Below are positions 63,078-64,000 of a stretch of 64,000 nucleotides of DNA, piece after piece. The position numbers and the translations under genes were made by a program. Location: the NCBI GenBank assembly GCA_035084275.1, contig CM068750.1:12834001-12898000 (forward strand). The letters are read 5' to 3'. Origin of the DNA: Hydrolagus colliei. Lineage: Eukaryota. Each line of letters opens with the position of its first letter. Position 1 is the stretch's first letter. Under the pieces are notes generated by a model. The model made no database searches. It saw only the letters and a program-made list of their open reading frames with translations, and was not told where the DNA came from.

Positions 63078-63465
63078 TAATAATAATAATAATCCTTGTA
63101 TTTAATACATGCCTTTTCACATCTTTGAGACGTCTCAAAGCGCTTCACAGAATATACTGTAAAGTGAATTGCCTGTATATTTTGTGGATGAAAACTCATT
63201 GTAGCATTGGACATTCTTCCATGAGAAAATGACTGATAAAAAATTAAAACTGTTTTTTGTTTATCTTTTGTTTCTCCTCCTTGAGAAAGGATCATCTGTG
63301 AAGCTAGTCACCATTGGCTCCTGTCATATTTTATGAGATTTATAATAATAATCTTTGCATTTGACATAGTGTTTTTCATATGTTCTAAACGTCTTAAAGC
63401 ACTTCACAGAATATACTGTAAAGTGAATTGACTGTATACTTTGTAAACTCAGCAGCCATTGCGCC
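63078..63465 (-). mobile_element. Two tandem 5'-truncated SINE tails (about 63078-63200 and 63345-63465)
   Basis: Both carry cttcacagaatatactgtaaagtgaattg. Confidence 0.8.
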
Positions 63466-63801
63466 CATCAATCTGACAATATTAACACGATTTCTGAAGG
63501 GAATTTTTAATAAGCAAACTGGGAGCAGTCACGCTGATCCGCAGAAACTATGGCACAATCTATGTTCTGAAAGGATTCCTGTGGGTTGGCCTGTGGTCTC
63601 ACTCAGGACTCAGGTTCCTTATTAATATCCCATCATAAATAGATACATTATTAGGATCCCATTGTTTTTTTGAGGGGTCGACCGGGTGTCTGACCCACCC
63701 AGAAACCCATCACCATACTCAAGAGTATCCAAACTAAGCCAAGAACTCTATGCCATCATTATGTATGATGTTATGCATGATGTTAGTTGTCTTAAAATGA
63801 T

Positions 63802-63820
63802 CTGCCGCTAGGTGGCAATG
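63802..63820 (+). promoter_or_regulatory. CTCF-like motif
   Basis: CTGCCGCTAGGTGGCAATG. Confidence 0.55.
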
Positions 63821-63856
63821 CGGCGCTAGTTTATTCAGTCCAATCCTCTCTGAAGT

Positions 63857-63987
63857 CAAAGGGCAAAATGCTGCAAATGCTGGAAATCTGAAATATAAGC
63901 AAAAAGTTGTTGGGAAAACCGCAGCATCTAGGAAGAGTGGAAAAGGGGTTAACGTTTCAAGTCAAGATCGTTTTGTCAGAACTGGGG
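63857..63987 (-). mobile_element. Penelope-like element terminal fragment
   Basis: aaaatgctgcaaatgctggaaatctgaaat...gcagcatct...gttaacgtttc..tgtcagaactgg resembles a repeat common in cartilaginous fishes (recalled, not searched). Confidence 0.6.
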
Positions 63988-64000
63988 GATGTTAGACGTG

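Overview
Vertebrate genomic DNA, most likely from a cartilaginous fish (inferred from the repeat families, not proven). 1-35.3 kb (+): the 3' half of RALGAPA1 (Ral GTPase-activating protein catalytic alpha-1, GARNL1). I traced 19 exons by hand with phase-consistent GT-AG junctions. They include the RapGAP-type catalytic domain, one U12-type minor intron (17983-26601), a 31-nt stop-containing alternative micro-exon and the terminal exon ending ...SMKLRRSSGSANKS*. 39.7-41.3 kb (-): intronless INSM2 (SNAG motif plus five zinc fingers), convergent with RALGAPA1. 41.3-64 kb: gene-free INSM2 upstream region. Mobile DNA comprises a young non-autonomous hAT element (16-bp TIRs, 8-bp TSD, internal G-rich minisatellite), tRNA-derived SINEs, Deu-domain SINE relics, and L2, CR1 and Penelope-like fragments. 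The most interesting signals are two non-canonical REST/RE1 sites (one written inside the INSM2 coding sequence), the NMD-escaping C-terminal switch exon, several long hairpins, CTCF-like motifs and a decayed Penelope hammerhead. I see no evidence of a wholly new biological system. Most ORF-track entries are noise.
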